NCBI GenBank assembly: GCA_035512315.1
Contig: DATKEJ010000404.1
Location: forward strand, 1 to 34,935
Reading direction: 5' to 3'
Length of the DNA: 34,935 nucleotides
Source of the DNA: Rhodothermales bacterium
Lineage (GTDB): Bacteria > Bacteroidota > Rhodothermia > Rhodothermales > DATKEJ01
Of this stretch, positions 34,455 to 34,935 are shown one piece after another. Position 1 is the stretch's first letter. Each line of letters opens with the position of its first letter. The notes below the pieces were generated by a model that worked only from the letters and a program-made list of their open reading frames with translations, was not told where the DNA came from and did no database searches. Position numbers and translations under genes: made by a program.

Positions 34455-34482
34455 GCGTTTAGCGTTTAGCGTTTAGCGTTTC
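34455..34482. repeat. Heptamer tandem array (GCGTTTA) x4, the reverse complement of the AAACGCT family
   Basis: Read directly. It contains the ROK gene stop codon (34473-34475) and the last three sense codons (V, K, R). Confidence 0.9.
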
Positions 34483-34935
34483 ACTATCGCCGCCATTAGC
34501 GCCGCAACGTCACCGAGTGCCGCTCCGAGGGCGCACGGCTCGATGCGCACCGCTTCAACGGCCTGAGGGAGCGCCTCGCGCGCCAGTTCATTTCGGAGCG
34601 GGCGAAACAGTCGCTCACCCAGCACTTCCGAAAGCCGGCCCAGTACGATGATCTGAGGATTGAAAGCGTCCACAAGCAGTGCGATTCCGCGGCCGAGCCA
34701 GAAGCCCGTCTCCTCGACGACGGCGAGAGCGTCCCCGTCATCCGCCAACACGTCGTCGACGAACATACGAACCGTTGTCTCCGCGTTCCATTTCGAAGGA
34801 TTCCTGCGCTTGGCGCGCTCCAACATAGCCTTGCCGGAGGCAAGACCCTCCCATGATCCCGCTTTGGAGAAGCCGACCGGACCCGATTCCATCAGCCGCC
34901 AGTGCCCGACCTCTCCAGCGGTGTCCGATGCCCCG
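34473..34935 (-). CDS. ROK-family protein (sugar kinase or repressor), C-terminal part; 5' end outside window
   Basis: The frame stays open to the window edge, upstream of the listed Met (GASDTAGEVGHWRL, a ROK GE[IV]GH-type motif). The C-terminal region is ROK-like (GFWLGRGIALLVDAFNPQIIVLG). Confidence 0.7.
   Translation of the reverse strand, partial: GASDTAGEVGHWRLMESGPVGFSKAGSWEGLASGKAMLERAKRRNPSKWNAETTVRMFVDDVLADDGDALAVVEETGFWLGRGIALLVDAFNPQIIVLGRLSEVLGERLFRPLRNELAREALPQAVEAVRIEPCALGAALGDVAALMAAIVKR

Overview
GC-rich bacterial chromosomal segment (GC judged by eye, not computed). It is probably from an FCB-group organism (Bacteroidota/Rhodothermota-like), because two ORFs end in type-IX-secretion (T9SS) C-terminal sorting domains. 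About 31 protein-coding genes are supportable. In order: a partial TPR protein; a DapA-family aldolase, an atypical SDR, a creatininase-family protein and an aldo-keto reductase; an OMP beta-barrel; a nitrilase-superfamily hydrolase; an RHH-VapC TA pair; an L-rhamnose catabolic locus (SSF transporter, rhaI, rhaB, bifunctional rhaEW); fdhD plus a small ORF and a YdeP-type molybdoenzyme; BrnT-BrnA and Phd-VapC TA pairs; an MFS transporter; glycogen phosphorylase; a BNR/Asp-box protein; a Vgb-like beta-propeller with a CxxCH motif; an OsmC-like protein plus a SAM methyltransferase; a GH9 endoglucanase with T9SS CTD; a membrane-anchored pseudo-receiver/AraC regulator; a gmhA-like SIS isomerase; and a partial ROK protein. 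No rRNA, tRNA, CRISPR array, transposase or integrase was seen. The non-genic DNA is the unusual part. Most intergenic gaps are filled with 7- or 8-nt short tandem repeat arrays from several recurring families. There is also a 67-69-bp hairpin-bounded dispersed element (3 copies) and a 28-bp hairpin element (2 copies with a compensatory stem change). Two further points stand out: a visibly AT-richer insertion between fdhD and its likely client molybdoenzyme, carrying a signal-peptide/T9SS-CTD gene split by a frameshift, and a decayed hybrid two-component regulator next to the GH9 gene. I did not find a convincing multi-gene candidate for a new defence or secretion system. The repeat architecture is the strongest candidate for something undescribed.
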